A DNA stretch of 63,595 nt, filler included, from Octopus bimaculoides (taxonomy: Eukaryota): the NCBI RefSeq assembly GCF_001194135.2. It is 3 parts of 3 records of this genome, joined end to end, with 100 filler letters (N's around TTAATTAATTAA, not from the genome) between each part and the next. Parts side by side here need not be neighbours in the genome. Positions count along the whole stretch, not along the records: positions 1 to 20,868 come from NC_068993.1; positions 20,969 to 36,424 come from NC_068999.1; 1 more part is not named here. The stretch is one strand, 5' to 3'. The position numbers and the translations under genes are program-made. The notes below the pieces were generated by a model. It did not search any database. It was not told the DNA's origin and saw only the letters and a program-made list of their open reading frames with translations. Positions 13,525-24,981 of the stretch are shown one piece after another; position 1 is the stretch's first letter; the number at the start of each line of letters is the position of its first letter.

Positions 13525-13626
13525 TGAGGTTGTGTATGAGATGGGTTTTGGAATGAAAAGTAGGTATTTGAAGACAAGTAAATCAATGCGGACAAGCGGA
13601 AATCAGAAAAAGGATCCAGAACGAAC

Positions 13627-13715
<89 letters not shown>

Positions 13716-13755
13716 AAGAAAAAGAAGAAGAAGAAGAGTAATAATAACAACAACA
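13627..13755. repeat. Compound microsatellite (AAT)n(AAG)n
   Basis: Seen directly. Confidence 0.95.
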
Positions 13756-14460
13756 AGTACAATATTAAAACAGCAGAATTATCAATAAAACAAATATAAC
13801 AAGAAAGTAAGTGAGATTTTGTCCACTTTTCACAGTAACTTTTAGGAATTTTTTTTCTTTTCCCTCAGTTTCTATGGGGTCTTCGTGTTGCCTGTAGGAA
13901 TTTACTTACTAGAAGTACTTGTAATTTTTTGGCGAATCTCCACTTCCACTCCGACCCAGCTCATACTATATATCCCACCTCCTCTCACCACACCCTGCCT
14001 CTGCCATATTATACATATTGTATCCAGTTAGCCGGTTATCTCAACCGTTCTCCTTATAGTTATATTATCATTGGTGATATATATATATGTGTGTGCTCGT
14101 GCATACATATAATATATATTCGTGTGTGTGTATGTGCGTGTGTGTATGTGTGTGTAAGGTAATGTGTAAGTGTTGGGTATGTTCCTAGTAGTACGTACGC
14201 CGATAAAGCACGTTCACTGACTATGGCTACCTGACGTCATCCATTGTAATTACACAATTGTCAATGGTTCTACCTCAAGAATTCCTCAGTGTACGTTGAG
14301 TAGGAAACAAATGGAAAACGGAATACACGGGAAATGTTATACTCCTCACAACGATCGTTTCGTCACACACAACGGCTTAAACCTACGGTAACTAACAACG
14401 TGCTGTGTTAAATCAGAGCGAAACAGAGATCATTTATTGAGACACCACTCATTACCTCAC

Positions 14461-14580
14461 CTGACGAGATGCTTCCGCACACCGACGGATGCACCACAAC
14501 CAGTTGTATAGTTTCCCACTTGCGAGAGATCGATGGAGGATGTGTCGAAAAGATTGTTGTGGGCAGTATGAAGTTTCCCC
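14461..14580 (-). other. Candidate 120-nt exon (unknown gene)
   Basis: CAG acceptor (poor pyrimidine tract) and CAG|GTGAGG donor; open in all three frames; lies in CpG-rich unique sequence. No homology recognised. Confidence 0.2.
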
Positions 14581-14839
14581 CTGTATTCTATTTCCCTGTA
14601 TCATACATACATACATACAAACTGTGCATACATACATACGAACTGTAAAAATCTGCAAAACTTTCCAGAAGGTTAGCATTTAAATATATATATCCATGTC
14701 AAGATATGCAACTATATGCATGAGAATACATACATAAAGCAAAGCATACGAATCTGCACACATGCCTGCATACATACATACATACATACAATAATAGCCT
14801 GTTGTTGAAATTCCAATGAAGGAGCGTTGGATCTAGGTA

Positions 14840-15037
14840 AGGCGGTGAGCTGGCAAAAACGTTAGCAAGCCGGGCGAAATACTTCACGTTCTGAATTGAA
14901 ATTTCGCCGAGGTCAACTTTACCTTTGATTTTTTTCGGTGTCCATAAATTAAGTAGCAGTCGCGTACTGAGGTCGATCTAATCAACTGCCCCCCCTCCCC
15001 AAATATTTCGGGCCTTGTGTCCAAAGTAGAAAAGAAT
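14840..15037 (+). mobile_element. SINE family A copy
   Basis: GGCGGTGAGCTGGCAAAAACGTTAGCAAGCCGGGCGAAAT head through GGCCTTGTGTCCAAAGTAGAAAAGAAT tail. Confidence 0.8.
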
Positions 15038-16029
15038 ACATATGAGTGCGTGTGTGTGTGTAGTCGTAACATACACATATATACATACACACATATATAC
15101 ATACACACATATATATATGTATGTATATATATATATGTATATATNNNNNNNNNNNNNNNNNNNNNNNNNNNNNNNNNNNNNNNNNNNNNNNNNNNNNNNN
15201 NNNNNNNNNNNNNNNNNNNNNNNNNNNNNNNNNNNNNNNNNNNNNNNNNNNNNNNNNNNNNNNNNNNNNNNNNNNNNNNNNNNNNNNNNNNNNNNNNNNN
15301 NNNNNNNNNNNNNNNNNNNNNNNNNNNNNNNNNNNNNNNNNNNNNNNNNNNNNNNNNNNNNNNNNNNNNNNNNNNNNNNNNNNNNNNNNNNNNNNNNNNN
15401 NNNNNNNNNNNNNNNNNNNNNNNNNNNNNNNNNNNNNNNNNNNNNNNNNNNNNNNNNNNNNNNNNNNNNNNNNNNNNNNNNNNNNNNNNNNNNNNNNNNN
15501 NNNNNNNNNNNNNNNNNNNNNNNNNNNNNNNNNNNNNNNNNNNNNNNNNNNNNNNNNNNNNNNNNNNNNNNNNNNNNNNNNNNNNNNNNNNNNNNNNNNN
15601 NNNNNNNNNNNNNNNNNNNNNNNNNNNNNNNNNNNNNNNNNNNNNNNNNNNNNNNNNNNNNNNNNNNNNNNNNNNNNNNNNNNNNNNNNNNNNNNNNNNN
15701 NNNNNNNNNNNNNNNNNNNNNNNNNNNNNNNNNNNNNNNNNNNNNNNNNNNNNNNNNNNNNNNNNNNNNNNNNNNNNNNNNNNNNNNNNNNNNNNNNNNN
15801 NNNNNNNNNNNNNNNNNNNNNNNNNNNNNNNNNNNNNNNNNNNNNNNNNNNNNNNNNNNNNNNNNNNNNNNNNNNNNNNNNNNNNNNNNNNNNNNNNNNN
15901 NNNNNNNNNNNNNNNNNNNNNNNNNNNNNNNNNNNNNNNNNNNNNNNNNNNNNNNNNNNNNNNNNNNNNNNNNNNNNNNNNNNNNNNNNNNNNNNNNNNN
16001 NNNNNNNNNNNNNNNNNNNNNNNNNNNNN

Positions 16030-16064
<35 letters not shown>

Positions 16065-16704
16065 ATATATATAGTAGAAAAACAAAAGACGAAGACAAGT
16101 GTAAAGACAACAAGCATGTGCATTAGTTTGACGCTCGGGGAAAATGGAAAAGTCTTTTACGTTTCGAGCGTACGCTCTTCGACAGAAGGGAATGAGGAAA
16201 TAGATAGAGGGAGAATAAAAAAGAAAAGAAGTACGTAGAGTTCAGTGACCCAATATGGTGAATGAATGGGAAAAGAGAGGTTGAATGTAAGGTATGTTGG
16301 AAAAGGGAGAAAAAATTGTTAACGTACGAAGTTTAGAAGTTCAGAAAGATCTGACAATTCAAACGACGTGGCAGAATAGACCGATTTACATCAACGAAAA
16401 TAGCCTGTGAGATCCGTGAAGGCAGAATCCAAAAGAGTACGAAGATCCAGTGGTAATCAGGGTGGAGTACTGGTAAGTGAAGTGGTGCGGAAAGGTCGAG
16501 AGAGTAGGAAGTTCGGTCAAGATCAAACTGAGGTAACAACGTGAGCGTATTATATATATATATATCTATATATACACATCAGGGAGGTTGTCTCCCTTGT
16601 CAGTCATTAGATAGTGCTCTGCCCGTGTCTAAGAGCTATTTCGACTCTTATTTCTAACATTGCTGGTGCTGACTTGCACCTTTAGTCACTTTATATGTGT
16701 GTAT

Positions 16705-17035
16705 GTATGTGTCATGAATGACCATGGGATTGCACCTAAAAAGTTACCTTCCGAGGCAGAAGTTCGGGCAAGGTTGTTTATGGAAGAGTAGCAGTCACCC
16801 ATGCATACCATCCTCTGTTTTCTACGTCACCGATGTTAAGCAACGGAAAGGCAAAGTTCGATATAGCTTAGCACCAGTGACGTCGTAACTCATTTCTATA
16901 GATGAGTGAACTGGAACAACGTGAACTAAAATGACTTGCTCAAGAACACAACAAATATAATACACAGCCCGTTTCAGGAATCGAACTCACTACCACATGA
17001 TTATGAGCCCGAAGCTCTGACCACTGAGCCATGCG
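16705..17035 (-). mobile_element. tRNA-derived SINE family D
   Basis: Reverse complement begins GCATGGCTCAGTGGTCAGAGC (box A) ... GAGTTCGATTCC (box B), followed by GTGTTCTTGAGCAAG, a conserved SINE central-domain motif. Confidence 0.75.
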
Positions 17036-17128
17036 TATACACACACACACATACACACACGCTTCAATATACATACGCTGAATCTCACTATGGACATAAA
17101 ACAAGAGCTTAAGCCGGTGAAAGTGACG

Positions 17129-17173
17129 GTTATCCGACTAGTTTCGCTTCTTTGAAGACTCATCAAGGATCAC
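17129..17173 (-). ncRNA. Minimal type-I hammerhead-ribozyme-like motif (Penelope-type), C3U variant
   Basis: RNA GUGAUCC UUGAUGA GUCUUC AAA GAAGC GAAA CUA GUC^ GGAUAAC: stem I 6 of 7 bp, stem II with one bulge, palindromic ACUAGU stem III, GUC cleavage triplet. Confidence 0.55.
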
Positions 17174-17413
17174 TATCCCCGCCTCTTAACAAGAAGAATA
17201 TGTGTTTTATGAAAAATACGAACAAACTGTTAATGCCGTCAAGAACTTTATATGATCATACACGCACGACAGATTTGAATAATAAATGAGGCAACTTAGA
17301 GCGTAGTTATGAATGCATGAACATATGGAAATTGTATTCAATATGTTTGATATCTATATTTTATGTTCGTATATATATACGTATGTATTGATGGACGGAA
17401 TTAACACATTGAT

Positions 17414-17620
<207 letters not shown>

Positions 17621-17989
17621 CATACATATGTATGGAAATAGAGAGACATAGACTGAGTGGAATTTCTCCCTCGTAGAAATAGTTAATTCTTAATATATAT
17701 TATATTGGTTAATCTACTTTCATACACGCACGCACACACGCACACATACATGCACACACGCACACACACACAAACAGGCACACACATATATAACTCAAAT
17801 ACACTCCTTAATCACAGTCAAATACATACACCTATAAGTGTGCGGACGCTTACATAATGCATACATAGATGTGTGTGGGGATCGTTATATCGTGTGTGTG
17901 TATGAATGTACGTTTATATGAATGTATTTACACGATATTCTGTTATAATTTCATTATATGCAATTTTGCAATGTTGTTTTAATATTTTC

Positions 17990-18435
17990 ACAGTAACTGA
18001 ACGTGAAAGACGTGATGTTTGATTTCATTGGAGGCAGGAAAATTTGTTTAACAAACACTTAATTCGAACCGATAACTTGAAATTATGTTTGAGAAGCCGT
18101 TGTACGGCTTCATCTTGAAGGAGATCTGATCTTCTTAAAAGATAATATGCTTCCATAATGGACAGTTGCATTTCACAAATAGTCGAATATAAAGTTTCTA
18201 AAAGGCTGCAGGTATGCCGTGGCTTGCTAGATCCTCAGATCATTCGTCATGTGACGTCTTTCTACAATCATCGATCAAAAGAAAAGTGTACTTCACCTAT
18301 CATAGAAACATTTCGGCACTGAATTGGTGTATAGTAAATTTCTTTATTGAAACCACAGACATCTGTACAGGAATATCTCGAAAGGATTAAGGAATTCAAA
18401 GAATTTGAGTATCCCATGTTGAATTCTATGTGTAA
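17990..18435 (+). pseudogene. Tc1/mariner-superfamily transposase C-terminal fragment
   Basis: Reads DLIFLKDN ... PWLARSSDHSSCDVFL ... IKRKVY ... SHVE, matching FQQD.A / WPARSPDLSPCDFFL / LK.KVY / GHVE, with stops and frameshifts. Confidence 0.5.
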
Positions 18436-18565
18436 TAATTAAGAAAATTAATGCTATTGAAATATTTCGGCAATAAATCGTACGTAACTGAATATTTTGT
18501 ATAAATTTTAAATACGTATCTTGAAAACTATTATATTATTGAACGCATCATTTATTTAAAATCAG

Positions 18566-20159
18566 GTGTTAGACGGCTGGCTTAGAGGTGCAAGAAAAGC
18601 AATGCCTTTTGCTGTTCCGAGAGTTTGGCGAGAGCCAAAATATCATCACGATGATTGCTGGTTTTGTATGGTTGATATATCAAAGTACAGAAGAGTTAAG
18701 GTAAGAAAAGCCCTTCCGTATCCCAGCATTCAATCCTCCATTGCATCTGTGCCACATGAAGAAGACTTACCGGTTTCAAGACCGCCAGAAAACGTTAGTA
18801 CATTCTATCAAAGTATTAATAACAAATTTAAATTTCATTTATGGTAACAGAATCAATATTGAAATAATGTTATTGCACATAAAATTCTTATTAAGGTTTC
18901 AACTATTAAATGCAGCATTTTGAGTTTTTCAGCTATGATGACAGCCTCAGCAGGAGAGTCTGAAGGTGGCGACAACGAAAAAATGGATGAAACATTTGAA
19001 CCAGGAGCGAGTATCTGCCCACAAAATCAGCGTGAACTGGATGATCGTATTAGGGATTTGAGTTTCACTAAGTTTGGAGCTGAGCTTTTAGCATCCAGGC
19101 TGAACGAATAGAATCTCCTGGGGAAGGACAGCAGATTAACAGTGTACAGGAGGCACTATGAGGAATTCGAAGTATACTTTGTCATAAGAGAAGATCTCTG
19201 CTACTGCAAAGATATAAATGGCTTGTTTACAGCTACTGGAATTGATCACAACCCTGAAGAATGGTGACTTTTCAGAGATAGCTCAACAAAAATGCCTCAA
19301 AGCCGTTTTATTAAACAGTGGAAATCAGCATCCATCTCTGCCTATTGCATACTCGGTACAGATGAAGGAAGAATATGACAATGTAAAAGAGCTTCTTGAG
19401 AAAGTAAACCCTGGTAAGTTTACATGGGATGTTTGTGCTGACTTTAAAATGCTTGCCTTCTTATTTGGATTACAGTGGGGGGGGGGGTCTATGGGAAAGT
19501 AGGGTTGATCACGAACACTACCAGAAGGCTGAGTGTCCCCCACGAGATCACCTCCAGCCAGGAAAGTTAAATGTTGTAAAAAACCTCTTGTAGAGCCTGC
19601 AAAAGTGTCGTTACCTCCACTTCACATAAAGTTGGGTTTGGTCAAACAGTTTGTAAAGGCTTTAGATCGTGGTGGAGAAGTATTTCAAGAGAATCGTCTT
19701 CTCTTTCCAAAGCTATCTGAGGCAAAAGTTAAGGGTGGTATATTTACTGGACCACAAGTAAAGAAAATGCTGAGGTCAGTAAAACTTGAAACTGTGATGA
19801 GTGATCTAGAAAGGGAGGTATGGTGTGCATTTTGAGATATTGTCAATGGATTCCTTGGTAATATCGAAGACCCAAACTACAAGCAGTTCGTAACAAAACT
19901 TATCGTGAGTTATAAGAACTTAGGCTGTAGAATGTAATTAAAGGTACACTTTTTTCATTCGCTTTTAGACATTTTTCGTGAAAACTTAGGTCAAGTGAGT
20001 GAGGAACATGTTGAGTGATTCCATCAAGATATAGCTTCAATGGAGAAAAGATACCAAGGAAGATGGGATACTGCAATGATGGGGGACTATATATGGTCAT
20101 TGGTGCGTATAGATATATGAACTCATAGTAGGAGAGCACGATCGTCGGTGCATTTCTAG
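18566..20159 (+). pseudogene. Chapaev3-type (CMC superfamily) DDE transposase, N-terminus missing, disrupted
   Basis: Motifs WLRGARKAMPFAVPRVWREP...DCWFC, AELLASRL, LKAVLL, DFKMLAFLFGLQ, LWESR...EHY, LPPLHIKLGLVKQFVKAL, FTGPQV, FHQDIASMEKRYQGRW...MGDY. Several stops and frameshifts; AT-rich GT..AG interruption at 18794-18932. Confidence 0.85.
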
Positions 20160-20440
20160 TAAAATCTTATTATAATCTCATCATAACTTTGCTTACATTT
20201 CTCATTAGTTTAAAAATAAATATTAGGACAAAATATTTTTAGTTCTTATTAGCGTCCAATGTGAATATGTTGAATAAAGTACTATTGCAGCTATTTTTTT
20301 CCCCTTTCCCTACAAAACCGCAATTATCTCCTAAAATACCGACGCTATGCGATTTTCAAGGGTAGTTTTAAAGTCAGGAGAAAAAACTACCTTCGAAATA
20401 CTAAAAACATTTAGAGAAGCAAAACTTGTGTTAACCAGTG
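18566..20440 (+). mobile_element. 5'-truncated Chapaev3-like DNA transposon
   Basis: 3' terminus ...AAAACTTGTGTTAACCAGTG at 20440, followed by TTA, fits CAC...GTG termini and TWA TSDs of Chapaev3. No left TIR found. Confidence 0.75.
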
Positions 20441-20744
20441 TTATTGTCCTTAAATTCGCTTTAAATGATATAAAAATTCTTTTAACATTTACTTGTACAA
20501 AGCAAAGAGAGAGACAGAGAGGGATATAGAAAGGGAGGGAGAGAAAAAGAGAGAGAGATTGAGAGATAAAGAGAGGCAGAGAAAAGCTGTCAGATAGGAG
20601 AGCGGAGCATGACTGATACGGTTGTCTATCGTTACTCTATCGTGTTTCAAGAATTTTTATTATGTAAACTTCTAGATTTAATAAGTTAACATTTTGGTTT
20701 TGAACTCATTCTTTCTTTATGGTTACACACACACACACACAGAT

Positions 20745-20778
<34 letters not shown>

Positions 20779-20868
20779 GTATGTATGTATGTATGTATAC
20801 GCAACCACGCACACCCACACATATATATATTTGCGCATAAGTATATAAGTATATATATATATATATAT

Positions 20869-20968
20869 NNNNNNNNNNNNNNNNNNNNNNNNNNNNNNNN
20901 NNNNNNNNNNNNTTAATTAATTAANNNNNNNNNNNNNNNNNNNNNNNNNNNNNNNNNNNNNNNNNNNN
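20869..20968. other. Artificial scaffolding pad (44 N + TTAATTAATTAA + 44 N)
   Basis: Exactly 100 bp with a six-frame-stop 12-mer; identical structure at 36425-36524. Confidence 0.9.
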
Positions 20969-21619
20969 ATATATATATATATATATATTTATATGTGTGT
21001 TTGCGTGTGTGTGTGTGTGTGTGTGTGCATATGGATGCATGTGGGGTGTGTTTGAAAGACAGAGTTTAAGCTATGAGTATATATGTGTGCCTTATCTATT
21101 TATCTCTACATAAAAGTAGACGTCACCATAAAAGACATATATAAAAGACATTCTAAAAGACTCTAAGGACACATAGATATATATACGTATATACACACAT
21201 GAACGTAAACATATGTGTGCGTTTTTGCATGTGTATGTGTGTGTGTTTGAGTGTGTGTGGGAGAGACAGAGAGACAATGTTATACATATATATATGTGTG
21301 CTGTATCTATATGTTTGTATATAAAATCAGATATACTCTACATTCAGTGCATCCTTTCATATGAGTGACATGTGTCACAGCATCTAAATATTTAACCTAC
21401 TAAAACAGATATTTGTTTGTGTCTTTGTACCGAATGGTGTCAGTCAGTGACAGAGATCCTTTCAAGATATCAAAAACGACACATGAAGCTGTCACGATTA
21501 ATTAAAAAGTAACAAGCACTAATTTAGTGCTGATATACATACGTACACATACAACCACACAAACACATATGTAAGTAATGTTCCGTGAAGATAAGAGTAA
21601 CTCCATTCCATGAGAGATA

Positions 21620-21659
<40 letters not shown>

Positions 21660-21939
21660 GCATGTGTGTGTGAGTGTACGTATATATGCATCTGTGATTG
21701 TAAGTATGTACATGCCTACGTAAATATATGTATATGTATACATGTGTGTGTGTGTGTGTGTATACGGAGAGATAGATAGATAGATAGGGAAAGGGAGAGG
21801 GAAAAGGGAAGAATGAGAGTGAGAGGGAAAGAGGGAGAGAGAAGGGGAAAGAGGGACGGTGCAAGAGACCTTGGAAAGGTAGAGAGAGACTGTCAACATA
21901 TGATATCCAGTTATGCACAATATACAAAACACGCACTGG

Positions 21940-23330
21940 TGCTCAAATGATTTTAGTCTGCCAATCTATTCAAGATGAAGACGGAAGCATGCTTTAGAAG
22001 AATGCTTGTACGCATGGCTCTGTATCCTGGTCATTTCTGAGTCCCTCGAAACAGCTGTCGGACTGGAAACACAATGTCTTCACCCATTAGATTTCCTTAT
22101 TTTGCATTCCATGGAATTTTGTTCTATAAGTATATGAACATTTATATGCTTAAACACAAAAGTTCCTCTTTGAGTATTTTCAGGTAATGCTCCAATCTCT
22201 ATCTCTCTCCCCGTATATGTACATATATATATATATATAGTATTAAGATTCCGTTGAATTAAGTACTTAAAATGAGGCACTATGTTAGCACGGTAAAATC
22301 CGCCCACCCAAGCAATACTATTGAATATTAAACATCAAAACTGTCCGGGAGCGTCTGCATCTGATATGTCTTCCATGTAAGCAGACAAAGCAACCCAATA
22401 GAGTGAAGAGATCCGCTCTTGGTAGTTCAGACAAGTACATTATATAAAGAAACTTTCTATAGCATTTCCGAATTCTAGATTCCAATTTAGGTGGCTAAAA
22501 TATGAATGAGTCTGGATGATATACACGACAAACGGCAAACAGCACAAAAACAAAATACAGGCGTCATTCGCTGCCGATTACACCATCAGTCGGAGTCTGG
22601 AATGATCCAAAATAAACTATAGGAGCTTGAGGGAATCGGACTGATGCTGCACCCAGCATATAGACCGGAGCTAGAAGGCTGGAATGATTACATGTTCCGA
22701 TCCATGGCTCACTCCTTGAATTCACTATCTTCAGCTTTTTTCCTCAAAAGACAAGAAATGGTATTAGTATGGAATAAAATAACTGGTAGGAAATTGGTTT
22801 GAGACTATGCGACGCGACGCCCTCTACTTTGTATGCGAGGCTGCTTTGGTTGTTACTCGATCAATCAAGAAAATAATTTACCAAAACATTACAAAACTCT
22901 TGATGCAGCATATTTCATTGACTTTATAAACTGCAGTTCCTTTGAGAAAATATTTTGGCCTTTGGAGGAATGGTGAATATTTCAGGTATTTTCACTCTAA
23001 TACATAATCAAAGTGGAATTATAATGTGATTTATAGGTGCATAGCTACTAACAATCCTTGTTTTATACATGTATTAACCATGTAATTTAGTGCCGTCTAT
23101 GTCTTCTCCAGGTGTTTGACCGTTAGTTTTCTTCGAGAAGCCTCGTGATGTTATTTGGGTTTTCGATTCATATAGACCAACTCCACGCAGCCTATTCTGT
23201 ACAAGCCAACTTGCAATATGAATGGGAATTCTTTGGGTTTGATCTAATTATGGATTTTTCTTCTTGGATCAGCTTGTTAAATGTTTTTCTTTCTTTTAAC
23301 ACTGAACAGGTTTAAACGAAGCCAGGTCAT
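21940..23330 (-). mobile_element. Heavily decayed CR1/L2-type LINE ORF2 remnant
   Basis: Minus-strand patches in the expected order: FNKLIQEEKSIIRSNPKNSHSYCK (about 23.25 kb), LTWKT (about 22.38 kb), and an LPS...RL.AD-like patch (about 21.98 kb). Confidence 0.4.
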
Positions 23331-23334
23331 TTGT

Positions 23335-23475
23335 TAATATTAGTTTTAAATTTTGGCACAATGCCAACAATTTCAGAGGTGGGAGTAAATCGATTACATT
23401 CACTTCAGAGCTCAGGTGATACTTATCTTATCGATCCGAAAAGGATGAAAGACAAAGTTGATTTCGGCTGAATTA
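23335..23475 (-). mobile_element. SINE family A fragment
   Basis: Reverse complement AATTCAGCCGAAATCAACTTTGTCTTTCATCCTTTTCGGATCGATAAG matches the family body. Confidence 0.65.
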
Positions 23476-24904
23476 GTCATATGCTGGTATGAGGTGGTGA
23501 ACTCTCGGAATCGTTACTATGCCGTACATAATTCTCAGCGGCATTTCTTTCGATTGTATGTTTTGGGTTCAAATAGAGTTGGGACCGATTTTGCTTGCAT
23601 CATTTCGGGGTGGATAAAGAAAGCATCTGTTGTGCCAGAGTTTCAAACCAATACTGTGTGATGGATTCGCACTAATTTAGATTCACCGGTGACTAATTTG
23701 ATGTGAAATATTTCCGATTTGTCTATTTGTACCTTACCATGTATCATTCAAAGTGAATATTAGAGTGTTTTCGTTTCGCACAAGCGTGTTTTTATCGCCG
23801 ATCATTTAAGTAGTGTTTTCCCACAAGTCAAAAATCCTCACACTCCATTTTAAAGAATAATTGTTCGTATTAAGTTGGCTTTTGCCTAGTTTTACACTAA
23901 CGTCCACCTTTTATGAGTAAATTTACCTCAGTTTAATCAAAGTGGACACTGCTACAGATAACTATGAAGTTTATGATTACACAGTTTGGTTCAGGTGTTA
24001 TAGCTGCTAAATGGTGGCAAATGAATTAGAACCGTATATCTCGGAACTAATGCAGAGATACCACACGTGAAAGTAAGCGACACTGTACCACACACCCACG
24101 TTATTCAGCATTCAATATATGATTTATATTAAAACATCAATATCTAAAATGTATATCTTTTCAGTGTATCCTCAATTTCCTATTCTAATATAATGAAACA
24201 ATTTAAGATAACAAAAAGAAAAAAATGTTAGAAAAAAAAATCAGAAACAAAAAAAATATATCACTTTTATTTATATTTTATCATTTTTGTTTTGGTTCTG
24301 CGTGAGTCTATCGCACTACTTTTACACTTGCAAAAGCATTGCAAGCGAACAACTGAAAACCCTATTTAGTGGTGAATATTGTACCTCATATTTCTACTGA
24401 TAGAGATAAATGAGAATTAGATAACATAGGTTGGCAACAATTTTCTATTAAGATAATAAGCAATATATTACCCATATTGCTACGGCGGGGTCTAAAGTTG
24501 GAATGTCTAACGAGTGATTCCTTATATAGAAGCTTTGATTTATTGAAATGTAACAATTGATAAATAACTCATGTGTGAGAGTGTGTATTTGTGAAATTGT
24601 GTGTGTACGTGTGTGCTTGTGTCTCTGTGTGTTTTTGCCCCTGTGTGTTTGTCCCTGTGTGTGCCCACTGTGTCTATTTTATTTTCATGAGTATGTATCT
24701 TGTGCGATATGTGTCTAAGCCACTGAAAGAAAAACAGTCTGTACAATTAGCACAACCTTAACTTGGTCGATCGACCTACTAGAAGTAGTAGTCAAATCTT
24801 CCTTAGTTCTTACATTGAATAATGTTTATTCAGATTCCTTGAACATAGAAAATTGACAACATGTATGCCCATGTTCGTCAGACTAATAGCTCCATTGTAT
24901 AAAT

Positions 24905-24981
24905 CTGTTCACTGACAAAATTCTGTGCAGCATCTTCTGTGCTGCATCTTCTGTGCAGCACAGAATTTTGTCAGTGAACAG
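24905..24981. repeat. Perfect 24-bp inverted repeat with a 29-nt loop
   Basis: CTGTTCACTGACAAAATTCTGTGC (24905-24928) / GCACAGAATTTTGTCAGTGAACAG (24958-24981). Confidence 0.9.

Noticed and set aside
24455-24495. Possible reverse Helitron 3' terminus
   Set aside because: No CTAG, and the hairpin is too degenerate.
24865-24892. Minus-strand CTGACGA followed by a small hairpin (hammerhead-like)
   Set aside because: No GAAA after stem II.
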